Assembly: GCA_951406725.2 (NCBI GenBank)
Contig: OX597833.1
Coordinates: forward strand, 620,001-684,000
Direction of reading: 5' to 3'
DNA from: Octopus vulgaris
Taxonomy: Eukaryota
DNA length: 64,000 bases
This document shows, one piece after another, positions 1 through 14,773 of the stretch. The notes under the pieces are model-generated. The model saw only the letters and a program-made list of their open reading frames with translations, was not told where the DNA came from and did no database searches. Made by a program: the position numbers and the translations under genes. Numbering within the stretch: position 1 is the stretch's first letter; each line of letters begins with the position of its first letter.

Positions 1-2
1 AG

Positions 3-104
3 GTTGAGAAATATAGACAGACGTATCAAAGAACTAAATGTGAAATCAACGTGGTGGTAAAACGTGATGTGCGGGATCCTGGTTGGATCAGAACGAAATT
101 GTAG
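3..104 (+). CDS. Possible terminal coding exon of an upstream gene (VEKYRQTYQRTKCEINVVVKRDVRDPGWIRTKL*)
   Basis: Non-repetitive open frame after AG at the window start, ending at TAG 102-104 and followed by microsatellite-rich, UTR-like sequence. No homology recognised. Confidence 0.25.
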   Translation, partial: VEKYRQTYQRTKCEINVVVKRDVRDPGWIRTKL

Positions 105-319
105 AATAACAACAAAACCAAAGGAAAAAAATCCAAATAAATGAAAATGATATAAAACAAATCAATTCTTTTATTTCTTTCTTTCCTTTCTTTCCTTATT
201 TCTTTCCTTATTTCTTTCCTTATTTCTTTCCTTATTTCTTTCCCTATTTCTTTCTTTCTTGCTTGCTTTCTTTCCTTTCTTTCTTTCCTCTCTTTTTTTC
301 TTTTCTTTCTTTCTTCCTT

Positions 320-320
320 C

Positions 321-361
<41 letters not shown>

Positions 362-411
362 ACAACAACAAGAACAACAACAACAACAACAAACAACAAC
401 AACAACAACAA

Positions 412-447
<36 letters not shown>

Positions 448-470
448 CAACAACAACAACAACAACAGCA
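320..470. repeat. (CAA)n/(CAG)n microsatellite
   Basis: Directly visible. Confidence 0.95.
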
Positions 471-725
471 AATTCTAAATAAACAAACTAGAAACAATGG
501 AACTACATTCTCTATCGCTGCTCTCCATCCCTTCTAAATCTAACCGGGTATTGATGAGAATAAAAACATCCACCCACGTTTCCACACACACACACACACA
601 CGCACAGGTGCACTCAGAAATTCTTATCAAAAGAAAAAAAAAGCAATCTGTTTTGAAGTCGCGTGGATTCTTTCCTTCAAACTTTCTCTGCAACAAAAGA
701 CACACGCGCAGAGATTCATAACAGC

Positions 726-765
<40 letters not shown>

Positions 766-773
766 TACACACA

Positions 774-851
<78 letters not shown>

Positions 852-2488
852 TTTAGGCATACTGATAATGCATACAAATGAGTTTTCTCTCTAGGTGGGT
901 GATTCTACCGAATTATATATGGATTATTTAAAACATTGCTAATTCCACCCCGACCCCCCTCACCGCCACCCTTTACCCATTGCAAAATGTTCTCTGCATT
1001 ATACTGTTGCTTTCACACACACACACACACACACACACATGTATATACATACATATACGCATATACAAACATATATAATACGCTTATATATACAAATACA
1101 CAAGCATGTATATACATACATACATATACACACATATATAAACATATATATATACATACACTTATACACACACATACACACATATATACACATACATATA
1201 TACATATGCGTATATATATACAGATTATGTATACATATATGCATACACTCATATACACATACATACATATATATATATATATACATATATATATGTGTTT
1301 ATATATATATATATATTTATATACATACACACATATATATACATATATATTTTACACACACACATATTCACATAAAAACACATACATGCATGCGTATGGG
1401 TGTGTTTGTGTGTGTGTGCGTAAAGTATATATATAGAGAAAAGGTCTTCCGTCGGTTTCGACGAAAAATATTCAATTGGTCGTTCAACTGAATTAGCTGC
1501 TTACTGAAATTTCCAGCCCTGGTTGCTGGGTGGTAGTTTTTGTGCCTTAATACCCCGACACCCTACCCCTGAGAGATATGGCTGCAGAGCGCAAGCTTCT
1601 GGTAGAGCTTTCAATACTGGACAAGTCAACGCGGCCAGCTGGCAGAAACGTTAGCACGCCGGACGAAATGCGTAGCCGTATTTCGTCTGCCGTTACGTTC
1701 TGAGTTCAAATTCCGCTGAGGTCGACTTTGCCTTTTATCCTTTCGGGGTCGATAAATTAAGTACCAGTTACGCACTGGGGTCGATATAATCGACTTAATC
1801 CGTTTGTCTGTCCTTGTTTGTTCCCTCTGTGTTTAGCCCCTTGTGGGCAGTAAAGAAATAGGTATTTCATCTTTCTTTACGTTCTGAGTTCAAATTCCGC
1901 CGAGGTCAACTTTGCCTTTATTCCTTTCGGGGTCGATTAAATTAGTACCAGTTACGCACTGGGGTCGATATAATCTTTATTTCACGTTTCTTCAGTCCAT
2001 TCAGGTGGCAAAAAAAGGAGTTACTGTTATTCAAAGGGTCAGCCTTCTCACATTCCGTGTCACGCTGAATCTGCCTGAGAACTGCGTTAAGGGTTCGCGT
2101 GTCTGTGGAGTGCTCAGCCACCTGCACGTTAATTTCACGAGCAGGCTGTTCCGTTGATCGGATCAACTGGGAGCCTCGTCGTCGCAAGCGACGGAATGCC
2201 GGTTACGAATGGAATTGTGTAGTTGGAAGCTGTTGAAGAAACTGTACTTTTACACTGAAAAATCTGCCTTTGTCCTCTACTGTGTCACGCTGACTGGGCC
2301 AACGAATTACCTCTTGAACACACGCATCTGTGGTATACGCAGCCACGTACACGTTAATTTAACGAGTAGGTAGTTCAATCAATAGAGCAAATTGAATGCT
2401 TATCGTCGAAATCGATGGAGGCCCCTAGCATGTGGCAGGTTTGAAATTGTATGTTATAAGCTCCCCTCGTACTTTTCCCCCAAGCAGT

Positions 2489-2886
2489 CTTTCTTCTTCT
2501 TCTTCTTCTTCTTCTTCTTCTTCTTCTTCTTCTTCTTCTTCTTCTTCTTCTTCTTCTTCTTTTCTTCTTCTTCTTCTTCCTTTCTTTTCTTCTTCTTCTC
2601 CTTCCTCTCCTCTCCTCCTCCTTCTTCTTCCTCCTATTCCTCCTCCTCCTCCTCCTCCTCCTCCTTCTTTCTTTCTTCTTTCGTTCTTTCTTCTTTACCC
2701 ATCCCCCTCTCTTCTTTCTTTCTCCTCCCCCTCTTCCCCCTCTCTTCTTTCTTTCTCCTCCCCCTCTTCCCCCTCTCTTCTTTCTTTCTCCTCCTCCTCC
2801 TCCTCCTCCTCCTCACCACCACCATCATCATCATCATCAACAACATCATCATCATCATCAACATCATCATCATCATCACCACCACC

Positions 2887-2920
<34 letters not shown>

Positions 2921-2930
2921 TCATCATCAC
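2489..2930. repeat. Compound (CTT)n/(CCT)n/(CAT)n/(CAC)n microsatellite
   Basis: Directly visible. Confidence 0.95.
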
Positions 2931-3317
2931 CAGTTGCTGCTGCTGAACTTCTTTTATCATTAGTAAGTTTTCTACATCTATTTGTTTCCAATTTTTCCCC
3001 CTATTTTTCTTCCGCTTTTTCTTCTCCGCCCCCTCCCCACCCCCACCCCCGGCTTTCCTCTTCTTGTCTTTACTGCTACTGCGCCTCCTGCTGCTGCTGC
3101 TACTGTACTTGCTCTGACTGTTTTTACTTCAGTCGGCATTGTTCTTCTTGTGTTAAGGTTCCCAGCAATTATCCCTGTCCCCCCCCCACACACTTTCGTT
3201 TTTCATAAACAGGGTTCAATATGCAATCGCGCTGCAACAAATCGGTCGTAAGATGGTCTTCTTCTTCTTGGGATTCATCTTCCACCTCCACCTCTCCCTC
3301 TCTCTGTCCCCTCATCC

Positions 3318-3353
<36 letters not shown>

Positions 3354-3362
3354 ATCTATATA

Positions 3363-3404
<42 letters not shown>

Positions 3405-3518
3405 CGTCTGTCCGTCTGTCTGTCTGTCTATCTGTCTGTCTGTCTGTCCGTTCGTCCGTCCGTCCATCTATCTATCTATCTATCTATCTATCTGTCTATC
3501 TATCTATCTATATATCTA

Positions 3519-3549
<31 letters not shown>

Positions 3550-3570
3550 ATCTATCTATCTATCTATCTA

Positions 3571-3630
<60 letters not shown>

Positions 3631-3979
3631 TCTATCTCTTTATCTCTCCCCCTCTCTCTCTTTATCTATCCATCTATTACCAATCCATCCATACATCCAT
3701 CCATCCATCCATCCGCCCGCCCGGTCGCTCGTCCGCCCGCCTGTCTGTTTGTCTGTCTAATTTCATTTTATTAATCTGCTTTATATTTTCCATTATTGAT
3801 GTTAGAATTTCTTTCCCGTTGCATGTCTTGCCAGCATCCTTCCAACATGCATCCCTTATGTATACTCACGCATGTATACACTTTAAGAATATATGATACA
3901 ATATCAAACCAATGAAAAACAAGCTATCTTAAAGATAGCATGTTCGTACTGATATATATATATAATAACAATATAATAA

Positions 3980-4375
3980 ATAAATATATGCATATATACA
4001 TACATATATGTACATACTTACATCTACATGTATATATACAAGCATATATATATATATATATGAGTACAGGACACCACAAATAAACGTAGAACACAACGAG
4101 AAACGAAAACAAAAAATCAAACAAGGAAACGGACTTTTTTTAACAACAAAAAAACAGAGTACAGGACAAACAATACAAGGAAAATTCCCCTTCATCAGCT
4201 GCCCCTGTTTCGACTCAATGCGTGTTTCGAAGGTAAGGGTAGAACACGGCCAGACCGAAGCAGTCCTTCCTGCAAAAGGAATTAAATAAAATTCTTTTGC
4301 AGAGGGGTAAAACAAGGACGTAAAAGCAATACAAATGAAGAAAAAACAGTACAAATAAGGAATAACAGGACAGGG
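3980..4375. mobile_element. (TA)n-embedded dispersed repeat. Related pieces at ~16110-16270(-) and 59590-59900
   Basis: Shared TACAGGACA..AAACGTAGAACACAACGAGAAAC...CCCTTCATCAG...GAAGGTAAGG...AATTAAATA. Confidence 0.55.
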
Positions 4376-4849
4376 AACCAGCCATGTATATATATATATA
4401 TATATACATGTATGTATGTATGCATGTATGTATGCATGTATGTATGTATATATGTATGTGACAATAGAAGGAAGGCTGCGTGCATTAAGTTAATAATTCC
4501 TGGAGATATCGAATTGAACAAATTGAATTGACACAAGAAAATCTATAGTCACAGATTTTATTCAATTGTAACGTAATTACACAATTGTTGCGGTTTGGAA
4601 GACAACACGAACGTTTGTATTAATGTCAGTCAGTCTGTTACAAATGGCGTATTCGATGTCCTGCGCTGGTAATAGTTTCCCGCTAGGTTGTGAAGAAGGA
4701 GGAGAGCTTATGGTGTAAAGCTCGCACGAAAGGAAATCGTTTGCTTGTTTGTGTGTGTTTGTGAGTGTGTATGTGCGGGTGTTTGTGAGATAGACAGACA
4801 GCTAGACAGACAGACAGACAGATAGACAGATAGATAGATAGATAGATAG

Positions 4850-5050
4850 TCTATTATATAAAATCCGTTCTGTCTGTCTGTGTGTGTCTTCTAGGATCTC
4901 GGGCATCCTCCATCCGATTGCGCTCAAATTTGATATGTAGATACCGACGATATCAGGGCGTGTATAAGTCTTGAAAAAATTGCAAAATTCGATTCCAGGT
5001 GAGATTGCGATCAATAAAGCCGTTTTTGTCCTGCTTTTCTTCCGTCAACC
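4850..5050 (+). mobile_element. Helitron-like 5' fragment
   Basis: TCTATTATATAAAATCCGTTCTGTCTGTCTG...CATCCGATTGCGCTCAAATTTG, the typical start of a non-autonomous Helitron. No 3' end seen. Confidence 0.4.
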
Positions 5051-5213
5051 TGTACATAACTGCACCTTCCATTTTTTGTTGTTTTTATACTGCTTAAAGA
5101 CACGTTTCTTTCCTGCCAAGCTTACGGTTTAGAACGAAAGATAGAAAAAAAAAGAGATGAGGTGAGAAAGGAAGACAGAAAAGCAGGAAGAAAAACAAGA
5201 AAAAAGCAGAAAG

Positions 5214-5214
<1 letters not shown>

Positions 5215-5260
<46 letters not shown>

Positions 5261-5388
5261 ACGGAAGAAAGAAAGGAAGAAAGGAAGAAAGGAAGAAAGA
5301 AAGAAGGAAAGAAAGAAAGAAGGAAAGAAAGAAAAAAAAGAAAGAAAGAAAGGAAGAAAGAAGGAAGGAAAGAAAGAAAGAAAGAAAA

Positions 5389-5431
<43 letters not shown>

Positions 5432-5600
5432 GAAGGAAAGAAAGAAAGAAAGAAAGAAAAAGAAAGAAGGAAAGAAAGAAAAAAGAAAGAAAGAAAGAAA
5501 GAAAGGAAGAAAGAAAGAAGGAAAGAAAGAAGGAAAGAAAGAAAGAAAGGAGGAAAGAATGAAAGAAAGAAAGAAAAAAGAAAGAAAGAAGGAAAGGAGG
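5215..5600. repeat. (GAAA)n purine tract
   Basis: Directly visible. Confidence 0.95.
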
Positions 5601-6289
5601 GCGCGATGAAGAAAATGTAGAACGGAAGGAATGATGAATGAAAAAAAGGGGACAAATAGAAATAAAGGATAAATAATAAGAAGAAAGAAAGCAAGAAGGA
5701 AGGAAGGAAGGAAAAAAGGAATGACAATACAATGAAGAAACTCAAGAAAAGATGGAGAAATGAATAAATAGGAGAATAAATATATAAAGAGAGTAAAAAA
5801 CGAAAGAGAAAAAATGGGAAGAAAGTAATGAAGCAGAAAGGCAAAACGTAATATTAAATTTTTAAGAGTATCGTCTGCTTCTTTGAATCCTAAAATAAAA
5901 TATTCCCACCCGAAACCCCATTTTTTTTCTCTTCAGTAAAACACATCGAATGTAATCCCTTTTAATGCTTCTCTCTTTCTGTGTTTTTTTTTTTTGTGTG
6001 GCAATTCTAAAATATATTTTCTTTCCATGGCTTTGATGTTGCTGTTGTTAATATGATTGTTATTGCTATTGTTGTTGTTGTTGTTGACGATGATGTTGAT
6101 GTTATAGTATCATTAACGTTGTTTTTGCTGTTGTTGCAGAGAAGGCAGTTGTTGTTTTTATTCTTGTTCTTGTTCTTCTAGTCGTTGCTTTCGCTGGGTT
6201 TTTTTTTTTTTTTGTGTGTGTGTGTATTCTTTTCCCTTTAATCGTTGTTCGTATTGTTAATTCAGATATCTTATATTTGTTTTCTCTTT

Positions 6290-6331
<42 letters not shown>

Positions 6332-7732
6332 TCCCCTTTCTCCCCCCCCTCTCTCTCTGCCCCTCCCCCCTCTCGGTTCTCGGTTGTAACAGAATTTTAA
6401 TCGCCGTTTGATTTTCTTTTCCAGTTTATCTTCCTGGATTTTTATGACAAATTTGCATTATCCAATCTTTTGTTCAAAGGCCAAAAACTACGTAAATTTA
6501 AACACAGACACATGCTTACAAACACAGGCACACACACACACACACACACACACGCACATGTACACGCATACACAGATGCGATCACATGTATACACGCACA
6601 GGCAGACACCAAACAATATTCACATATAGATGCAGATGCATACGCAAACATACAAAATGGAGAACTTAACTGAAACCAAGTGATTTCAGAAACAACAGGG
6701 CCGAAACACTAATGCTCACCTCTCTTCACCGTATTTCACCATATTTCACCATCAAAACCCATAAGTTAATTTCCACGCCAGGCCGTTTATTCTCTACATC
6801 AATACTATTAGAACCGATTTAGACATAACAAACTAGCGTTTATTTGATAGAGTTATTCTCAAGGCTATGAAAGTATTTTTCTCGCTTCTTTGGATTGGCA
6901 TCAAGAAATTATTCAATTTTCCCAAAGCTATACCAACTAAAAGAAAACGTTTTGTAAGAGAGCCTTATCTATTTAATATCTGAGCACAATCTATCGAATC
7001 TTATTTCTTGATTGCGGATAACCATTTAACCAACAAACACCTTCGATTGTTGCGCTTATAGTCAGTCGAACTCTTTATGAATCACAAGTACAAAAAACAA
7101 TATCAATTAGACAAACTAATTACTATAGATTCATCTGGAACTCTGTTATTATAGAAAATAGTGTGGAAAACTCACTCGAACTCAACATTCAAGGACTTAA
7201 AATTTAGGTTTAAACCACAAGTGCAAACTTTACTTTCATGAACATTTTTTCAACCTCAGACCAATTATTAGACCCCTGAATCCAACTAACAACTGATGTA
7301 GGCGTAAAAGTCAGACATTTATTTGAGGAGATATGTATACGACGGGCTTCTTTCAATTTCCGTCTTCCAAATCCACTTACAATGCCTGAGGTATTTGCCT
7401 AAGGTGCCATGCAATGGAACTGAATCCGGGAACCGTGTGGTTAGGAAACAAGCTTCCTACCATACAATCACGCCTGATATATTTATATATAATTTTAAAA
7501 TAGGACAAAATCTTCATAATAATTTATCAAGTAGTTAGCGTGAAAAACCTCGTAAGAGAAAAAATCCACCAATTTTTTCACTTAAATATATTTATTTATA
7601 TTATATAGAGGGCATTATTACACATAAATGCCACCCGCTAGGAGGGACTCTTAAAGTCACAACTACTAAAATAAATAAACACATCGTACTGAATGCAACT
7701 TTCGAAGCAAGTCGTTTAAAAACAGAATTCAG

Positions 7733-7794
7733 CTGCAGATCACTGTGATTTCGTAATCAGAGCAGTGATGTGCACTCTTTACTCATCAGTGCAA
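7733..7794 (-). ncRNA. Type I hammerhead ribozyme motif
   Basis: Minus strand: TTGCA-CTGATGA-GTAA..(AGAG/CTCT)..TTAC-GAAA-TCAC-A-GTGA-TC|TGCAG. All core nucleotides and three stems present; AUC cleavage triplet. Confidence 0.8.
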
Positions 7795-8882
7795 ACATAA
7801 TTCAAGATTTATAATGAATGAACAAAATCAACATACCAGACGAACAACCATCGTATCCAATGTAGTATATAGAAATGTTCACCCCTTATACATCAATGTA
7901 AATGGCGAGCTTTTTCGAATTGCATTTCTGTAACAATGTGCTTATTCGGAATAAAAAATTTAGTACTGAATACACTCTGGTTAAATTTACAATTTATATA
8001 TATATTGAAATCTCCTTTCATAGTCAACAGATGAGGTTTCCGCAATATGTTGCTGAGCAGCCTGCAACGTTGATTTGTATGCAAGGGATCCAATGTTTGT
8101 CATGCGCATTAGCTCACTTCCACCATCAAATCGACGTTATACTGGCGCACGTCAGATGTTGAGAAGATCGAAATGTAACGTGAAGTGAAGTTTTGTGCTC
8201 ATGAACAAAACACATCGTCTGGTCCGGGAATCGAAAACACGATCTTACAATTGTGAGTGCAACACCCTAACCACTAGGCCACGTGTTCTCAATATACATA
8301 TAAAAGAAAACAAAAAATGGAAGATCGTAACAGGCGGCAACAAAACATCTGAGCAGTTAGACGATACAAAAAAAAAGGACGGGAAAAAGGACGGGTCATT
8401 CGGAGTTTTCTATCTTCAGTCGAGTTCCAGATTTTCTCAGCAGTTTCGGCCGGTTACACTCGAGACTGCCCTAAGAAAATCTAAGCTAAGAGCACCAGCT
8501 TCCTTGGAAGAAAGCAAGCGAATGTATACAAAAACAAGGACGAAAATAAAAAAACGGAGAAATGGTACACAATTACAAATACAAAGAACAGGACATTAAC
8601 AACAGGTGTCTTTCGACTAAGGACGAATTAAATTAAGCTGGCGTGTGTGGAAGTGAAGCCTTACGGCAGGGACATAAGAGGCGAATGTCATGGGATACAT
8701 AGAAGGTGGGCCAAAAATCACGAAGTGGTTTCAACATTAAAAAAGTTTTTATTCTTTTGTTTTAAACTTACAATACCCCGGTATCATATACATACATACG
8801 TACATACAATACACAGACACAGACACACAGACACATATCTATTTAGGAAATAGATGTAAGCTAGATGGTAAAAAGCAACGTA

Positions 8883-9088
8883 TCAAGACAATTACCCCCT
8901 AGGACGATTAACCCCACTCCCCTAGGACAATTCTCCTCAACGACAACTACCCCCTAGGACAATTACCCCATCTTGGTTAATTACCCCCTCTCTAATATAT
9001 CAAGGAGTTTTAAATCATCATCTGTTGTCCTCAGGGGTAATTGTCTTTTGGGTGGGGGCTATTGTCCATGGAGGGTAAATGCCCTAGA
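8883..9088. mobile_element. Palindromic MITE-like element with subterminal GGACAATTACCCC repeats
   Basis: Several (G)ACAATTACCCC motifs on the left and inverted GGGGTAATTGTC motifs on the right. Confidence 0.5.
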
Positions 9089-9333
9089 CTAAAAAAAAAT
9101 CACATACTCTTTTTTTACTATTTTACTCTTACTTGTTTCAATCATTTGACTGCGGCCATGCTGGAGCACCGCCTTTAGTCGAGCAAATCGACCCTAGGAC
9201 TTATTTTTTGTAAGCCTAGTACTTATTCTATCGGTCTTTTTTGCTGAACTGCAAAGTTACGGGTGACGTAAACACACCAGCATCGGTTGTCAAGCAATGC
9301 TAGGGGGACAAACACAGACACAAACACACACAC

Positions 9334-9380
<47 letters not shown>

Positions 9381-10544
9381 TACGACGGGCTTCTTTCAGT
9401 TTCCGGCTACCAAATCCACTCACAAGGCTTTGGTCGGCCTCAGGCCATAGTAGAAGACACTTACCCAAGGTGCCACGCAGTGGGACTGAACCCAGAACCA
9501 TGTGATCGGTAAGCAAGCTACTTACCACATTTGAAGTAGTTTAGTTTCATACCTTTTCGTGACTTTTAGCGCACCCTGTACCCCCCACACACACACACAC
9601 ACGCATGGCTGAGCAAGATTTTTCTTTTAAGGAAGACCTAAAGTTGTCTCATCATAGACCCGTTCCCCTCTCCCACCTTCTCTATGCCTCCAGTGTTACC
9701 GAACTCAAAAGCAAGGACTAAGACACCTTAGATAGGTGTCGCTGCATTCGTTGCTGGCAGGATGCAATGACACCAGACAGACACGGCAAAGGGTCTCATC
9801 AGACACCTTAACCACCCGGTCAATAAACGGTCATGAATTGGTCCTCTATTTATCGGTCTTTCCTCACATGAAAAAAATAAGACCCCCCCCCAAAAAAAAA
9901 TCATCAAAGACAAAGGGGCCCTGATCGTGTATCTTTTATCATTTACTTGTTTCAGTCATTAGACTGCGGCCATGCTGGGGCACCGCCTAGAAGAATTCTT
10001 GGTCGAATGGAATCGACCTTAGTGTATTTTTTTTTGTAAGCCTGGTACCTATTCTATCGTTCGTTTTTGCCGAACCGCTAGGTCGTAAACTAACCAATTC
10101 CGGTAGTCAAGCGCTGGGGACACACACATAACCCAACCCCCACATATATCCAACGAGCTTCTTTCAGTTTCTGTCTACCAAATCTATTCACAAGGCTTTG
10201 GTCGGCCTGAGGCTAGAGTAGAAGACATTTGCCCAAGGTGCCACGCAGTGGAACTGAACCCGGAACCATGGGGTTGGGAAGCAAACTTCTTACCATACAG
10301 CCACACATGCGCCTATGGTTCATGCTTCGGCACCATCGCATTTGAGGTGAAGCCCGATTAATCCCATACTCCTCAGTCACTGAAAGGAGTAACGCGAATC
10401 ATGATTTGGTTCCTTCTTCTAAAAATAACAATATCGATTAATTGTCCAGAAATGCCTCTGCCATGAATTGGTTTCGATTATTTCTCCTAGGCAGTCAACA
10501 ACACACATCTATCTATCTAGCTATCCACCCAATCATCCACGCAC

Positions 10545-10577
<33 letters not shown>

Positions 10578-10611
10578 CCCTTCACTTTCTCATGTAATGC
10601 ATTCATGCATG

Positions 10612-10667
<56 letters not shown>

Positions 10668-10668
10668 C

Positions 10669-10740
<72 letters not shown>

Positions 10741-11027
10741 CGTGATAACGACCCCATTTCTGTGATAACGATCCCTATTGATCGAATTTTTTTCCTTTTC
10801 CTTTTATTTTTTTTATCCCCTCCCTTTTTTTCTTTCCTTTTACGATCCCTTTCGATCGAAAACCAACCCCCACTTTTTTTTATCCCCAAAAAGAAAAGCT
10901 CTACCTTGTAATCTGTCCCGTCTGTGTGCAACCCTGTGTGGCTAATAAAGAAACATATCTATCTACCCAATCACCCACCCACCTACCTACCTCTCCATCC
11001 ATCCATCCATCCGTCCGTCTGTCTGTG

Positions 11028-11430
<403 letters not shown>

Positions 11431-12014
11431 AGCTCCACCTTGTAATTTGTTCTATCTGTGTGCAGCCCTGTGTGGCTAATAAAGAAACATATCTTACACA
11501 TATGCGGCATGCACGCGCCTGTAAACATATTTTTTGGCACGGATATATATTCTCATAGCTAGAACGACCAGACATGCGTATGAACTCACTGAGTTGCAGA
11601 AAAAGGCATAAGACAGGTTATTGTGTAGAGTTGATCGGACACGGCTCCACGTTCGGGATGCACAAATCAACATCTTTTTATACGGACCTGATGCAAATAA
11701 ACATCTCGCTATAGAGACAATAAAATTGCAAGACTGCAAATCAGACACACACACACACACACACACACATTACATGTATATATATACACACACACATGCA
11801 CACACACACACATTACATGTATATATACACACACACATGCACACATGCACACACACACACATTACATTACATATATATATATATATATATATACACACAT
11901 GCACACAATGATTAACTAAGACATTTGTTAAATAGTCCATCTCGTGTCATGTTTTGGTACTCATTGAGTTATATACATACGTGTATATATATATATTGTG
12001 TGTGTGTGTGTATG

Positions 12015-12146
<132 letters not shown>

Positions 12147-12256
12147 CTTTACATATATGTATATATATTTATATGTATATATATATATGCATATATATAT
12201 ATGTATATATATATATTATATATATATATGTATATATATATATTTATATATATATG

Positions 12257-12292
<36 letters not shown>

Positions 12293-12392
12293 CACATACA
12301 CACGCATATAGGTATAGGTATGTATACGCGTGTGTATTATATACATATATATTATATAATACATACATTATATCTATCTATCTATCTATCTA

Positions 12393-12439
<47 letters not shown>

Positions 12440-13179
12440 ATAATGCAGTATATAAGATATTTTTAGTATTTATAATTAATACGTATGTCTTACATATATC
12501 GAAAATAAATTACACACGCGCCTCCCCCCCACACACACATATATAGAAATATGTCTGTCTGTCTGTCTCTCTAAATATATGGAAATATGTGCAAGCGTAT
12601 GTTGATGCTCGTGTTGTTGTTGCCGTCATCATTACATATATCGCATTACTTTTATTCCTCAGTGCATGTTTACCGTTTTTCTTTCTTTTTCATTCATTCT
12701 AATTCTCTATTAGTCCCGCGCTATTGTACCAACAGTAGAAGCGGTAGCAGTAGTCGTAGTAGCAGCAGCAGCAGCATCATCATCACCATCATCATCAGCA
12801 GCAGTAGCGTCACTATTGTTTGGTTGCGTTTTTGGAGTGGCGGAGATGGAGCGAGGAGGAATTCTGCGATTGTTGTCGCTGCTTCTGGCATCGTTGTTGT
12901 TTTGATGCTGAAGCTTTTGATCCGGAGACAAGACTTTCTCCGTTTGTGTTTTTTTTTTTTTTCCCGTCTTTTAGGTATTTCTCCTTGAAACCGTCAGGCT
13001 TGTTGGATGCGAAAAGCCATCTCGGTTGATTCTGCTGCAAAAACAAAAAAAAAAAATAACAAAGGAACAGAAGCAAAACCCAAAAAATAATGCTGCTTGT
13101 TGCTTACTTCGGGTTCACTAAGAAGTTTGATTGCAAATAATACACACACAACCACACGCATTGGTCCATCCATCCATCC

Positions 13180-13264
<85 letters not shown>

Positions 13265-13295
13265 CCCATCCATCTATCTATCTATCTACCCATCC

Positions 13296-13348
<53 letters not shown>

Positions 13349-13379
13349 CCCATCCATCTATCTATCTATCTACCCATCC

Positions 13380-13496
<117 letters not shown>

Positions 13497-14286
13497 CCCA
13501 TCCATCCATCTATCTATCTGTCTTGTTTCAGTCATTAGACTGCGGCTATGCTGGGGCACCGCTTTGAAGAATTCTTAGTCGAATGAATCGACCCTAGTGT
13601 ATTGGTCTTGTAAGCCTGGTACCTATTCTATCGTTCTTTTTTGCCGAACCGCTAGACCGTAAACTAACCAATTCCAGTAGTCAAGCGCTGGTGACTATCT
13701 ATCCATCTACCCATCTATCTATCTATCTATCTATCTATCTGTCTGTCCCTGTGTCTGTCTATCTATCTATCTATCTATCCATCCTTTTGTCTATCCATCT
13801 CTCTCTCTCTCTCTATCTATCTATTCTTATACACGATGTTCTTAACAGTGACTCCGAAGTTTCGGCCAGCTAAGTCATCGACGAACTAAATATCTGGGTA
13901 CAGGCCATGATTTTTATATAAACAACAACACATACGCTGGCACACATACAAGTAATAACATAAACACACCACCTGGCTCCTGGGGTACCTTTAGCGGAAT
14001 CCACTATGTGATAAGCATTTGGACCAGAATTCCACCTTGAGGATGTCTTTCCTCCTCAATCCCTCCACATCAGTGTCAGAAGCATTTTAAAGGACCATAG
14101 GGTATTGCCTCACCTCCTGGCTAAAAAAGACAAAAAATATGTACATACATCCATAAAGTATATAAATAATATATATATATATATATATACATATATACGA
14201 AGTATATAACACATTCTCTCTCTCTCCATATCCATATATATATATATATATATATACACGAAGTATATAACACATTCTCTCTCTCT

Positions 14287-14329
<43 letters not shown>

Positions 14330-14599
14330 GCATTAGTTTAGTTATACATGTAAATACTTTAATTATATTATTTTTAAAAAAAATATTTAAGCATAATTTC
14401 CAGCCTCAAGGATTTTCTAATCAGAGTCGAAATTTTTGGGGTTACACCGTATCAATAGCAACTCATGAAAACACTATCGTTTTATTCAACAAGACATTCA
14501 AAATGGATATCATGTGGATCTGTTTTTTCGTTCTGTTCGTTTTCTGCTGCTTGTTCCTGCTCCTGTTTTTCTACTACGATCTAAAAGAGTTCTGTGTAA

Positions 14600-14773
14600 A
14601 GCCGAAAGAAAGGTCGCTGAGCTTCGCTTCCGGTTCCTACCTCTGCGACTGGACCTCGTCAGCCGGTGTAAGGGGAATGGTATCGAGCGGAGGAGCGTCG
14701 ACGCCGACCCACAAGGACCACCACCTCCAGCAGCAGCAGCACCTCCAGCAGCAGCACCTCCAGCAGCACCACC
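14600..14773 (+). promoter_or_regulatory. GC/CpG-rich promoter and 5' UTR of the Maf gene, with an ETS-like CTTCCGG motif and a CAG repeat
   Basis: Local CpG enrichment; CTTCCGG at 14627-14633; (CAG)n-rich tract just before the ATG. Confidence 0.5.

Noticed and set aside
259-537. Poly-Q/N/T ORF
   Set aside because: Simple trinucleotide repeat with no unique coding context.
4180-4235. Hammerhead-like CTGATGA and GAAA motifs on the minus strand; similar cases at 8410-8460, 9730-9810, 13845-13885, 31095-31140, 59805 and 62750
   Set aside because: Wrong motif order, missing GAAA, or no pairing for stem I or II. At best these are degenerate relics.
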